NCBI GenBank assembly: GCA_046725765.1
Contig: JBKOZH010000013.1
Location: forward strand, 1 to 47,199
From: Candidatus Methylomirabilota bacterium
GTDB lineage: Bacteria; Methylomirabilota; Methylomirabilia; Rokubacteriales; CSP1-6
Length of the DNA: 47,199 bases
Reading direction: 5' to 3'
The notes beneath the pieces are model-generated. The model did not search any database, was not told the origin of the DNA, and saw only the letters and a list, made by a program, of their open reading frames with translations. Position numbers and translations under genes: made by a program. Positions 1 to 7,736 of this stretch are shown one piece after another (the stretch's first letter is position 1; every line of letters starts with the position of its first letter).

Positions 1-371
1 AGAAGGCGCGCGAGTGGATGGACGAGGCCATCGCGCTCATCAAGCCCGGAGTGACGACGGACAAGATCGCGCGCGCGTTTCCCAAAGCGCAGGACATCGG
101 CTTCGAGAGCGAGATGGCCGCGTTCGGGCTGAATTTCTGCCACGGCATCGGGCTCGGCCTGCACGAGCGGCCGATCATCAGCCGGCTCAATTCGTTCGAC
201 GACCCCATGGAGCTTCAGGCGGGCATGATGTTCGCGGTCGAGACGTACTGCCCGGCCACCGACGGCACGTCGGCCGCGCGCATCGAGGAAGAAGTGATCG
301 TCACGCCGGGCGGGGCGCAGATCATCACCCTGTTCCCGGCCGACGAGCTGCCGATCGCCAACAAGTACTGA
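1..371 (+). CDS. M24-family metallopeptidase (Xaa-Pro aminopeptidase/creatinase-like), C-terminal fragment; 5' end lies outside the window
   Basis: The frame is open from the window edge to the TGA at 369-371. The translation (...GLNFCHGIGLGLHERPII...AARIEEEVIVTPGG...) looks like the pita-bread-fold C-terminus of M24 peptidases. Confidence 0.8.
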   Translation, partial: KAREWMDEAIALIKPGVTTDKIARAFPKAQDIGFESEMAAFGLNFCHGIGLGLHERPIISRLNSFDDPMELQAGMMFAVETYCPATDGTSAARIEEEVIVTPGGAQIITLFPADELPIANKY

Positions 372-378
372 GCCTGGC

Positions 379-1317
379 GTGGGTCGCCGTCCGTCCGCGA
401 GCGCCCGGCTCGAGTACGATCGGCGCGTGAATCGCGTCATCGACCACATTCGCGGGCATCTGGCCGAGCCGCTCACGCTCGACGAGCTCGCGCGGGTCGC
501 CGCGTTCTCACCCTTCCACTTCGATCGCGTCTTCAAGGCCGTCGCCGGCGAGACGCTGTTCGGATTCGTCCAGCGGGTGCGCGTCGACCGCGCGGCGTCC
601 GCGCTGCTCGCGCGGTGCGACGCCAGCGTGCTCGAGATCGCGCTGGATCACGGCTTCGCGTCGGCGGCGACGTTCGCGCGCGCCTTCCGGGCGCGCTTCG
701 GCATGTCCGCGACGCGCTGGCGGGCCGGCGGCGGCGCACGCTGGCGCGCCCGCCACGGCCGCAATCCGGGCAAACAGCTTCGCAACCTCCGCAAAGCAGG
801 TGGCCGGCGGGCGCGGAACACTCGTGAGAGAAAGGAGGGCGCCATGAGTGTTCGTGTCCAGCAGCAGCCTGCATATCACGTCGCCTATATGCGTTACGTC
901 GGGCCGTTCGGGCCGGGCGGCATTCCCGAGCTGTGGCAGCGCTTCAATCGCTGGCGAGCGGCCCACGATCTGTTTCGGCCGGACAGCCTCACGCTCGGCG
1001 TCACCAACGACGATCCGGGCATCAGCGGAGACAAGGCGCGTTACGACGCATGCGTCGTCGTCTCCCGCGAATTCGCGCCGGACCGGCTCGTGAACGTCAT
1101 GGACATTCCGGCTGGCACCTACGCCGTCGCAGACTTCGTCGGAACCGCGCACGACATCGTGCCGGCGTGGGAGCGGGTGTTCGCGGCCTGGCTGCCCGGC
1201 AGCGGCTATCAGCCGGGCGATCGCCCGTGCTACGAGCTCTATCGCGGCGATCCCACGGTGGACGGCGCGAAGGGCGGGTTCCGCTGCGACCTCTGCCTGC
1301 CGGTGCGTCCGCTCTGA
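379..1317 (+). CDS. AraC-family transcriptional regulator with C-terminal GyrI-like effector-binding domain
   Basis: 312-aa ORF with a GTG start. The N-terminus carries the AraC HTH signature (LTLDELARVAAFSPFHFDRVFK...IALDHGFASAATFARAFRARFGMS). The C-terminal ~150 aa look GyrI/SOUL-like (YHVAYMRYVGPF...YELY). Confidence 0.85.
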   Translation: MGRRPSASARLEYDRRVNRVIDHIRGHLAEPLTLDELARVAAFSPFHFDRVFKAVAGETLFGFVQRVRVDRAASALLARCDASVLEIALDHGFASAATFARAFRARFGMSATRWRAGGGARWRARHGRNPGKQLRNLRKAGGRRARNTRERKEGAMSVRVQQQPAYHVAYMRYVGPFGPGGIPELWQRFNRWRAAHDLFRPDSLTLGVTNDDPGISGDKARYDACVVVSREFAPDRLVNVMDIPAGTYAVADFVGTAHDIVPAWERVFAAWLPGSGYQPGDRPCYELYRGDPTVDGAKGGFRCDLCLPVRPL

Positions 1318-1350
1318 GACCGACGCTCGCCGTGACGCCCGGCCGCGCGG

Positions 1351-1356
1351 TAGAGT
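1351..1356 (+). promoter_or_regulatory. -10-like hexamer TAGAGT, 6 nt upstream of ATG 1363 (leaderless-type promoter)
   Basis: TAnnnT hexamer in ~70% GC DNA at a fixed distance from the start codon, with no SD. One of 12 such cases in the window. Confidence 0.4.
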
Positions 1357-1362
1357 CTGCCC

Positions 1363-1647
1363 ATGTCGCGCGACTGCATGCTCTGCCGCGCCGAGCGGAT
1401 CACGCCCTGGTTCCACGAAGACGACATCTGCTGGATCGCGGAATGCGAGATCTGCGAGACGCCGATGGTCGTCTGGCGCCAGCACGGCGTCGATCCGCCC
1501 AACGAGCATCTCTCCCACATGCTGGCGCATCTGAAAGACGTGGCACAGCGACAGATCGGCGAGCATTGGTTGGACCGGCACATGCGCAACATCCCCGACC
1601 ACTGGCATGCCCACGCGAGGCCGGCTGGCGGATTCTTCGGGCGGTAG
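1363..1647 (+). CDS. Small Cys-rich HIT-like (histidine-triad-like) protein
   Basis: 94 aa. It has an N-terminal CMLC resembling the CIFC of HIT proteins, a second CxxC (CEIC), and a C-terminal H-W-H-A-H-A motif that matches the HxHxHxx triad pattern. The sequence is divergent, so the function is uncertain. Confidence 0.55.
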   Translation: MSRDCMLCRAERITPWFHEDDICWIAECEICETPMVVWRQHGVDPPNEHLSHMLAHLKDVAQRQIGEHWLDRHMRNIPDHWHAHARPAGGFFGR

Positions 1648-1650
1648 AAT
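1645..1650 (+). promoter_or_regulatory. -10-like hexamer TAGAAT, 6 nt upstream of ATG 1657; it includes the TAG stop of the upstream gene
   Basis: Near-consensus -10 at leaderless spacing, with no SD. Confidence 0.4.
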
Positions 1651-1656
1651 CGACCC

Positions 1657-4074
1657 ATGGCCACGCCTGACCGCATCAGCTTCGGCCGCGACGGCTCGAC
1701 GGACCTCCAGACGGCGCTCGCCGGCGACATCGGCGGCGTTCCGTTCCGCACCGAGCTCTCGCTCAAGCCCGTCATCGATTTCTGGACGCGCATGGCGGGC
1801 AAGGACTCGGCAAAGGGCGCCGTCGCGCGCGTCATCACCGAAGAGGTCGCGAAGGTGCCCGAGCTGCTGGGGCCGCTGACCGACTGCGCAGTCATCGAGC
1901 GCCACGAGGACCTGCTGGATCTGCTCATGGCCGCCGCGTTCCCACCGGCGGGACGCGAGCGCGGCTACGGCGCCGCCATGGTCCCGTTCCAGCTGCACGG
2001 CTTCTATGCCACACCGCCGATGGAGCGGCTCTTGATGACCGAAGACTGGCGGCTCAAGGGCAGCGTCAACCTCGACGCCGAGATGGTCGGCGCCATGCGG
2101 CGCGCCTACGCCTACGCGCTGGTGCTCCAGCGCATGTACGGCATCGACCTCGAGCTCGACCAGCCCTTGACCCTGACCGTCCCCGACCCTGAGACGGGCC
2201 TGGACCGCCACTTCCGGCTGCTCTTCGACTGGACCTTTGTCGACGTCGAGGCCAAAGGTCCGCTGCCCGAGTTGCCTCCGGACATCTCCAGGCGCGTGCA
2301 GACCGACCTGCTCGGCGCTCAGGGGCTCGGCGACCTGCTGCCGTCGGATCGCTTCGTGCTCCGCGGCTTCACCATCCTCAAGGCCCTCGAGGTCACGGAC
2401 CAGGAGGTGCTGTCCGCGCTCAAGCGCGACCTCATCGACCGCGAGTCGATCGTCTCGAAGGAGCGCTTCTGTGGTGTCGAGGCTCGCCTTCGCACGCTGT
2501 TCCGCCGGCCCAACCTCAAGCTGGGTATCGGCGCCATCGACGGCGAGCGCGTGCTGATCCTCAACGACTTCTCGTCGCATGAGCACTCGTGCATCTTCGC
2601 GGACTCCGCGCACCACAAGGTCTCGGAGTTCGCCGGGACGGTCTACGCGCGCGCGGTGGAGAGCGGAAAGCCGATCATCATCGAGGATCTCGCCGCCATG
2701 CCGAACCGGACGCCCGTCGAGCGCTCCGTGCTCGCCTCGGGCGTCCGCACGCTGGTCGTCGCGCCGCTGCACTACCAGAACCGCGTGATCGGCACACTCG
2801 AGCTCGGCTCGCCGGAGCCCGACGACATCGACGCCGCGCACCTGCCGAAGCTGAACGAGGTGGTGCCGCTCTTCGCCATGGCCGTGCGGCGCAGCATGGA
2901 CGAGTTCAATGCGCGGGTGCAGACCGAGATCAAGGAGCGCTTCACCGCGATTCATCCGGTGGTGGAGTGGCGCTTCCGCAAGGCGGTGCTCGACGAGCTG
3001 GAGCGCAACGGAAATCCCGCCGCCGCCGAGCTGCAGCCGATCGTGTTCGAGAACGTCCACCCGCTCTACGCGCTCTCCGACATTCGCGGCTCGTCGGTGC
3101 AGCGCGAGCGCGCGATCCAGGCGGATCTCCTCAGCCAGCTGGCGCTCGCCCGCGAGGTCGTGGACGTCGCGTACAAGGCCCGCCGCCTGCCGGCGCTCGA
3201 CCAGCTGCGCTACCGCGTCGATCGGCACGCCGAGCAGATCCGCGACGGCGTCGCCGCCGGGGACGAGGTCGGGATCGTGTCATTTCTGAGGGCCGAGGTC
3301 GAATCCCTCTTCGACCACCTCGGCGCGTTCGGCGAGGCCGTGCGCGGCGCCATCGAGGCCTACCAGGGCGCGCTCGATCCGCGCCTCGGCGCGGTCTACG
3401 GTCAGCGCCGGGTGTTCGAGGAGAGCGTGACCCGCATCGCCGACATGATCTCGTCGTACCTGGATCTCGAGGAAGAAGCGGCCCAGGACATCTATCCGCA
3501 CTACTTCGAGAAGCAGAAGACCGACGGCGTGGATCACCAGATCTACGTGGGCGGTTCGCTGGTGGAGGACGGCCGCTTCGATCCGCTCTACCTCAAGAGC
3601 CTGCGGCTCTGGCAGCTGATGGTCACGTGCGGCGTCGCCGCGCGCGCCGACCGGCTGACGGCCGAGCTGCCGGTGCCGCTGCAGGTCACACATCTCGTGC
3701 TCGTGCAGCACGCGCCGATGTCAATCCGCTTCCGCTTCGATGAGAAGCGCTTCGACGTGGACGGCGCGTACGACATTCGCTACGAGATCGTGAAGAAGCG
3801 GATCGACAAGGCCGTGATCAAGGGCACGATGGAGCGCGTCACCCAGCCCGGCAAGCTCGCGATCGTGTACGGACAGGCGAGCGAGGCCGTGGAATATCGC
3901 GGCTACCTGGAGTATCTGCGCCACCTCGGCTACGTCACCGGCGAAGTGGAAGAGGTCGACCTCGAGGAGCTGCAGGGCGTCCACGGCCTGCACGCGCTGC
4001 GTGTGGCCGTCGCGACACGCGACCTGCCCGCCGAGCCGTTCGCCGCGCAGGCGTTTCGCACCGCCGCCCGCTGA
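1657..4074 (+). CDS. Large GAF-domain protein (805 aa) with uncharacterised N- and C-terminal regions
   Basis: Long ORF with coding-like composition. The central segment (...GTVYARAVESGKPIIIEDLAAMP...LVVAPLHYQNRVIGTLELGS...) looks like a GAF domain. I could not assign the flanking ~300-aa and ~350-aa regions. Confidence 0.75.
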   Translation: MATPDRISFGRDGSTDLQTALAGDIGGVPFRTELSLKPVIDFWTRMAGKDSAKGAVARVITEEVAKVPELLGPLTDCAVIERHEDLLDLLMAAAFPPAGRERGYGAAMVPFQLHGFYATPPMERLLMTEDWRLKGSVNLDAEMVGAMRRAYAYALVLQRMYGIDLELDQPLTLTVPDPETGLDRHFRLLFDWTFVDVEAKGPLPELPPDISRRVQTDLLGAQGLGDLLPSDRFVLRGFTILKALEVTDQEVLSALKRDLIDRESIVSKERFCGVEARLRTLFRRPNLKLGIGAIDGERVLILNDFSSHEHSCIFADSAHHKVSEFAGTVYARAVESGKPIIIEDLAAMPNRTPVERSVLASGVRTLVVAPLHYQNRVIGTLELGSPEPDDIDAAHLPKLNEVVPLFAMAVRRSMDEFNARVQTEIKERFTAIHPVVEWRFRKAVLDELERNGNPAAAELQPIVFENVHPLYALSDIRGSSVQRERAIQADLLSQLALAREVVDVAYKARRLPALDQLRYRVDRHAEQIRDGVAAGDEVGIVSFLRAEVESLFDHLGAFGEAVRGAIEAYQGALDPRLGAVYGQRRVFEESVTRIADMISSYLDLEEEAAQDIYPHYFEKQKTDGVDHQIYVGGSLVEDGRFDPLYLKSLRLWQLMVTCGVAARADRLTAELPVPLQVTHLVLVQHAPMSIRFRFDEKRFDVDGAYDIRYEIVKKRIDKAVIKGTMERVTQPGKLAIVYGQASEAVEYRGYLEYLRHLGYVTGEVEEVDLEELQGVHGLHALRVAVATRDLPAEPFAAQAFRTAAR

Positions 4075-4079
4075 GGCCG

Positions 4080-4712
4080 GTGGCGCGGATCGCCGGCGTT
4101 CTCTTCGACATCGGCGGCGTCGTCCAGGACTCGCCGCTGCACGCGATCGCGCGATACGAGCGCGACCACGGCCTGGCCGTCAACGCCATCAATCGTGCGG
4201 TCGTCGCCTCCGGTGAGACGGGCGCCTGGTCGCGCCTGGAGCGCGGGGAGCTGACACTGGACGCCTGGTGCTCGCCGTTCGAAGCCGACTGTCGCGCCCA
4301 CGGCGTGAGCGTCGACGGCAAGCGGCTCATGCAGTACATCGCCGAGGCCGGGCGCGAGCGCCCGCAGATGCTGCGTGCGATTGCGCGCCTGCGCGAGCAC
4401 GGACTGCGCGTCGGCGCGCTCACCAACAATTGGGTGCGGGACGACGTGCCCGCCGGCCCGCACCGCCTGCAGAGGCACTTCGACGTCGTGGTCGAATCGC
4501 AGGCCGTCGGCCTGCGCAAGCCCGATCCCCGGATCTACGAGCTCGCCTGCCGGCAGCTCGGGGTGATGCCGCCGGAGACCGCATTTCTCGACGACATCGG
4601 CGCCAATCTCAAATCGGCGCGCGCGCTCGGCATGCACACGATCAAGGTGGACGACCCGAGCGTCGCGCTGCGCGAGCTGTCCGCGCTCGTCGGGTTCGAC
4701 CTGCTCGGCTGA
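4080..4712 (+). CDS. HAD-superfamily hydrolase (epoxide-hydrolase-N-terminal-like phosphatase subfamily)
   Basis: 210 aa, GTG start 5 nt after the upstream stop. It has HAD motif I (VLFDIGGV), an LTNN motif and a C-terminal FLDDIGANL motif. Confidence 0.85.
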   Translation: MARIAGVLFDIGGVVQDSPLHAIARYERDHGLAVNAINRAVVASGETGAWSRLERGELTLDAWCSPFEADCRAHGVSVDGKRLMQYIAEAGRERPQMLRAIARLREHGLRVGALTNNWVRDDVPAGPHRLQRHFDVVVESQAVGLRKPDPRIYELACRQLGVMPPETAFLDDIGANLKSARALGMHTIKVDDPSVALRELSALVGFDLLG

Positions 4713-4735
4713 CCGGCGCCGGCGCGCGACGCGCG

Positions 4736-4741
4736 TATCAT
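4736..4741 (+). promoter_or_regulatory. -10-like hexamer TATCAT, 6 nt upstream of ATG 4748
   Basis: TAnnnT at leaderless spacing, with no SD. Confidence 0.4.
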
Positions 4742-4747
4742 GTCGCC

Positions 4748-5335
4748 ATGGCCAACCCGCGTGGACGGCTGCCCAAGGCGCGCCGCGAAGACCTGAACGA
4801 TCACCTGCGGCGCATGCTGGATCGCTGGTACGAGAACGCCTACAAGGACGACAACCTCTTCCTCACGATGGCGCGCCGTCCCGGGCTGCTGGACGCGACG
4901 TGGGGATTCATCCGCTACATCTACGGCGGCGGCTCGCGCGTCGAGCCCGAGCTCTTCGAGCTCGTCCGCGTGAAGCTCGCGTGGAACAACCGCTGCGTGC
5001 ACTGAAGCCTCGCGCGATCCTCCTCGGCCGTGAGCCGAGGCGCGACGGAAGCCCTGGTGGCCAAGCTCGCCGACTACGAGCACTCCGATCTCCCGGAGCG
5101 CACGAAGGCGGCGCTGCGACTGGCCGACCGGTTGACGGGCGAGCAGCCGACGGTGGATGAGGCGTTCTACGAAGAGCTTCGCGGACAGCTGAGCGACGAC
5201 GAGATCCTCGATCTCGGCATGACCATCGCGTTCGCGAGCGGCTGGCAGCGCTTCATCGAGGCGTTCGGGATCGTGCCGGACCGCTGGCGCGACGGCACAC
5301 CGCTCCCGTTCCACGCGCTGCACGAGCGCGACTGA
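4748..5335 (+). CDS. AhpD/carboxymuconolactone-decarboxylase-family protein with an in-frame TGA at 5003-5005 (candidate selenocysteine; otherwise a nonsense pseudogene)
   Basis: ORFs 4748-5005 and 5030-5335 share one frame and are separated only by a single TGA. The read-through product is 195 aa. The TGA replaces the second Cys of the family N-x-C-x-x-C motif (AWNNRCVH[TGA]SLAR...). The second ORF has no start signals of its own. Confidence 0.6.
5010..5045 (+). promoter_or_regulatory. SECIS-like stem-loop immediately downstream of the in-frame TGA
   Basis: CCUCGGC (5022-5028) pairs with GCCGAGG (5034-5040) as 7 Watson-Crick bp around the loop CGUGA. A lower stem pairs UCGCG (5010-5014) with CGCGA (5041-5045). 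The apical loop begins 23 nt after the UGA and contains GU. Confidence 0.45.
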
Positions 5336-5351
5336 AGCGCCGCGGGCTCAG

Positions 5352-6110
5352 TTAGAAGAGACGACGTCGAGTCGCGGCGAACGCGACGAACAGACCCGGT
5401 CCGAGCAGCAGCGCGGAGCCGGGCTCGGGGACCGCGGCCGGGGGCACGAAGCGAAAATCGTCGATCGCGAAGGCGTCGCCGCGCCGGCTGTTCGGACCGA
5501 TGTCGATGTACGCGATGTCCCCGCTCGGGCGGTTGAAGCCCACGAAGACTCCGGGCCCCGGCGTCGTGTGCGCCGCCGGGAAAAGTCCACCGTGGTACGT
5601 CGGCGGCAAGACTTCGCCGTTCTCCAGCACCAGAGTCTCGAGCAGCGCGCCTCCCGCACCGAACGCCGTGATCGTATACGTGCCCGGGGTTCCGGTTGGG
5701 GCGAAGAACTGGGTGTCGGAGAAGAAGAACTCGACGGACGACACAGGGAGCGAAAAGGTGGCCCGGATACCGGCGACGGTCGGGGACGGGAATCCGCCTT
5801 CCTGACTGCCCGTGAGCACACCCGAGCCGCTGCTGGAACCGTAGCCGAACAAAGTTGGCGAGTTGTCGATCTGAGGCCGCGACGTGCCATTCGGCAGGCT
5901 TGAATAGCTGCTGCCCCCGATCTGGCTGAACGTCACGCCCGAGAGCGTCCCGATCAGCGTGCCCTCGGCAAAGCCCTCGAACGTGAGCAACGTCCCGCCG
6001 GTGGTCTGGGGCGTGAAGCTCTGCAGCGGTGCCGCGTGCGCGCCGCCGTGAAGCGCGAGGAGCATGCCCGTCACGACGGCGAACATCGAGAGATGCCTCG
6101 TCTGCCTCAT
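5352..6110 (-). CDS. PEP-CTERM sorting-domain secreted protein
   Basis: The C-terminus VPEPGSALLLGPGLFVAFAATRRR is a canonical PEP-CTERM anchor. The N-terminus has a signal peptide. I prefer ATG 6110 (GAGGAG lies 10 nt upstream) over the GTG at 6128. Confidence 0.85.
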   Translation of the reverse strand: MRQTRHLSMFAVVTGMLLALHGGAHAAPLQSFTPQTTGGTLLTFEGFAEGTLIGTLSGVTFSQIGGSSYSSLPNGTSRPQIDNSPTLFGYGSSSGSGVLTGSQEGGFPSPTVAGIRATFSLPVSSVEFFFSDTQFFAPTGTPGTYTITAFGAGGALLETLVLENGEVLPPTYHGGLFPAAHTTPGPGVFVGFNRPSGDIAYIDIGPNSRRGDAFAIDDFRFVPPAAVPEPGSALLLGPGLFVAFAATRRRLF

Positions 6111-6172
6111 TGCCCGCAAGCTCCTCACTCAGCAGAGGCGCAGATTCAACGCAAGGGAAACCGCGCGAAGAG

Positions 6173-6188
6173 TGCAGCCGCAGTGCCA
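6173..6188 (-). promoter_or_regulatory. Sigma-54 (-24/-12) type promoter upstream of the PEP-CTERM gene
   Basis: The minus strand reads TGGCAC-TGCGG-CTGCA against the consensus TGGCAC-N5-TTGCW (one mismatch), about 60 nt upstream of ATG 6110. Confidence 0.45.
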
Positions 6189-6419
6189 AGCGTTTGGGCG
6201 CTCAAACTCGTTGGGAGATTCGTCAGTTAGCAGCTCGCCGCTTCGGCGATGCTCGCGAGCTGTAATCGTTTCCGACGGTAGACGGCGCCCGCGACGCGAT
6301 CCCTCGCGCACCCGCGGCTCATGAATCACCGCGCCGCGACGGCGAAAATCGCCAAATGCTGCGCGGCGGACCGGTGTAAGAACTTCCGACGCTGGTTCGC
6401 AGCGTCGGGGTATCGCGGT

Positions 6420-7688
6420 TCACACCGCGCGACTGACCTTGTCGCGGAGGAACTGGTCGATCTCGGCGGCATCGAAGCCAAGCTCGCCCAGGATCGCGCG
6501 CGTTTGGGACGCAAAGGCCGGCGTCGGTGCGCCCGGCTGAAAGCCGTCGCCGTCGAGCCGGACGGGCGGCGCCAGCACGCGCACGCGCCCGAGCACGGGA
6601 TGCGGCAGATCGTGGAAGAAGCCGTTGGCCCGCGCCTGCTCGTCATCGAACAGCTCGACAGAGAAGCGCACGGCCGCGCCAGGCACTCCCCGCGCGTCGA
6701 ACACGGCCTTCCACTCCGTCGCGGTGCGTGAGGCCATCACCGCCTCGCAGCGCGCGCCGAGCTCGGCGTAGTAGCGTTGCAGCGTCGCGCGATCGCCGGT
6801 CTTGGGTCCCTCGTCCTTCAGGCCGAGCACGTCCATGAACGTGCGCTGCAGGCCGGGGCTCACGCAAGCGACGCCGACGACGTCGTCCTTCGTGGCGTAG
6901 GTGCGGTAGTACACCTCGAGCATCGAGGGCGTCCGCGCCGACGCGACCGTCGCGTCCTGCTCCTCGAACGACCGGCCGGCCCGGCGCATGTGGGCGAGCT
7001 GCCCGCGCACATCGCCGTGCACCGGTCCGTCGATCGACTCGACGCGCACCATCGAGTTGTTTTGGGCCACGAGCGCCGCCATCATCAGCGCCGCGCTCAC
7101 CTCGCCGCCGCGGCCGGTGCGCTCGCGGCGCAGCAGCGCGGACGAGACGCCGAACGCAAGCGACAGCGCGCAGATGTAGTCGGCGACGGGCGCCTCGCCG
7201 CTCGCGGGCACGCCGTCGCGCACTTTTCCAAGGGACGCCATCAACCCCGTCCGCGCCTGCACGACGAGGTCCATCCCGGCCAGCTGCGCGTCCGGGCCGT
7301 GACGGCCGAAGGCGCTGACGTTTCCGACGACGAGCCGCGGGAAGCGCGGCGCGAGCGACGCGTAATCCAGGCCGAACTCCTCGGCCAGTCCCGGACGAAA
7401 ATTCGTCAACACCACATCGGCGCGCGCCAGCAGCGCGTCGATCACGGGCTTGGCGCGAGGGTGGCGCAGATCGAGCGGGAGCGAACGCTTGCCGCGGTTG
7501 CGCGACAGAAAGTGGCGCGTGTCGCCGCCCGGCAGCGGCGTGAGCTGCCGCACCGGATCTCCCTCGAGCGACTCGATCTTGATGACGCGCGCGCCGCCCT
7601 CGGCGAGCAGCTGCGCGCAGAACGGAACCGCGATGAACTGACCGAACTCGACGACCTCGATGTCGGCGAACGGGCGGGATGGGTCCAT
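6420..7688 (-). CDS. Family III CoA-transferase (CaiB/BaiF family)
   Basis: 422 aa. The N-terminus (IEVVEFGQFIAVPFCAQLLAEGGARVIKIE) is typical of CaiB/BaiF enzymes. Confidence 0.9.
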   Translation of the reverse strand: MDPSRPFADIEVVEFGQFIAVPFCAQLLAEGGARVIKIESLEGDPVRQLTPLPGGDTRHFLSRNRGKRSLPLDLRHPRAKPVIDALLARADVVLTNFRPGLAEEFGLDYASLAPRFPRLVVGNVSAFGRHGPDAQLAGMDLVVQARTGLMASLGKVRDGVPASGEAPVADYICALSLAFGVSSALLRRERTGRGGEVSAALMMAALVAQNNSMVRVESIDGPVHGDVRGQLAHMRRAGRSFEEQDATVASARTPSMLEVYYRTYATKDDVVGVACVSPGLQRTFMDVLGLKDEGPKTGDRATLQRYYAELGARCEAVMASRTATEWKAVFDARGVPGAAVRFSVELFDDEQARANGFFHDLPHPVLGRVRVLAPPVRLDGDGFQPGAPTPAFASQTRAILGELGFDAAEIDQFLRDKVSRAV

Positions 7689-7722
7689 GGCGGCGGCTAG
7701 CGTAGCACGCGGTCCCGTCTGC

Positions 7723-7728
7723 TATTCT
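7723..7728 (+). promoter_or_regulatory. -10-like hexamer TATTCT, 8 nt upstream of ATG 7737
   Basis: TAnnnT at leaderless spacing, with no SD, inside a 48-bp divergent intergenic region. Confidence 0.35.
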
Positions 7729-7736
7729 CTGGGGCC

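Noticed and set aside
508-3228. Very long ORFs in the six-frame track that run antisense or out of frame to recognisable genes. Examples: 508-3228(-) 906 aa, 12636-15617(+) 993 aa, 27778-29694(+) 638 aa, 29522-31846(+) 774 aa, 18843-20675(+) 610 aa, 24634-26742(+) 702 aa.
   Set aside because: Their translations are Arg/Ala/Gly/Pro-rich and of low complexity, typical of stop-codon-poor alternative frames in ~70% GC DNA. They overlap genes with clear family signatures. Only the 3' portions of some are real (IlvD from 13908, EamA from 19794, EgtD from 25744).
5030-5335. Treating the GTG-initiated 101-aa ORF as an independent gene.
   Set aside because: It is in frame with 4748-5005 and has no SD or -10 of its own. 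Alone it would encode only the C-terminal half of an AhpD/CMD domain. The single-gene interpretation (Sec recoding or a nonsense pseudogene) explains the data better.
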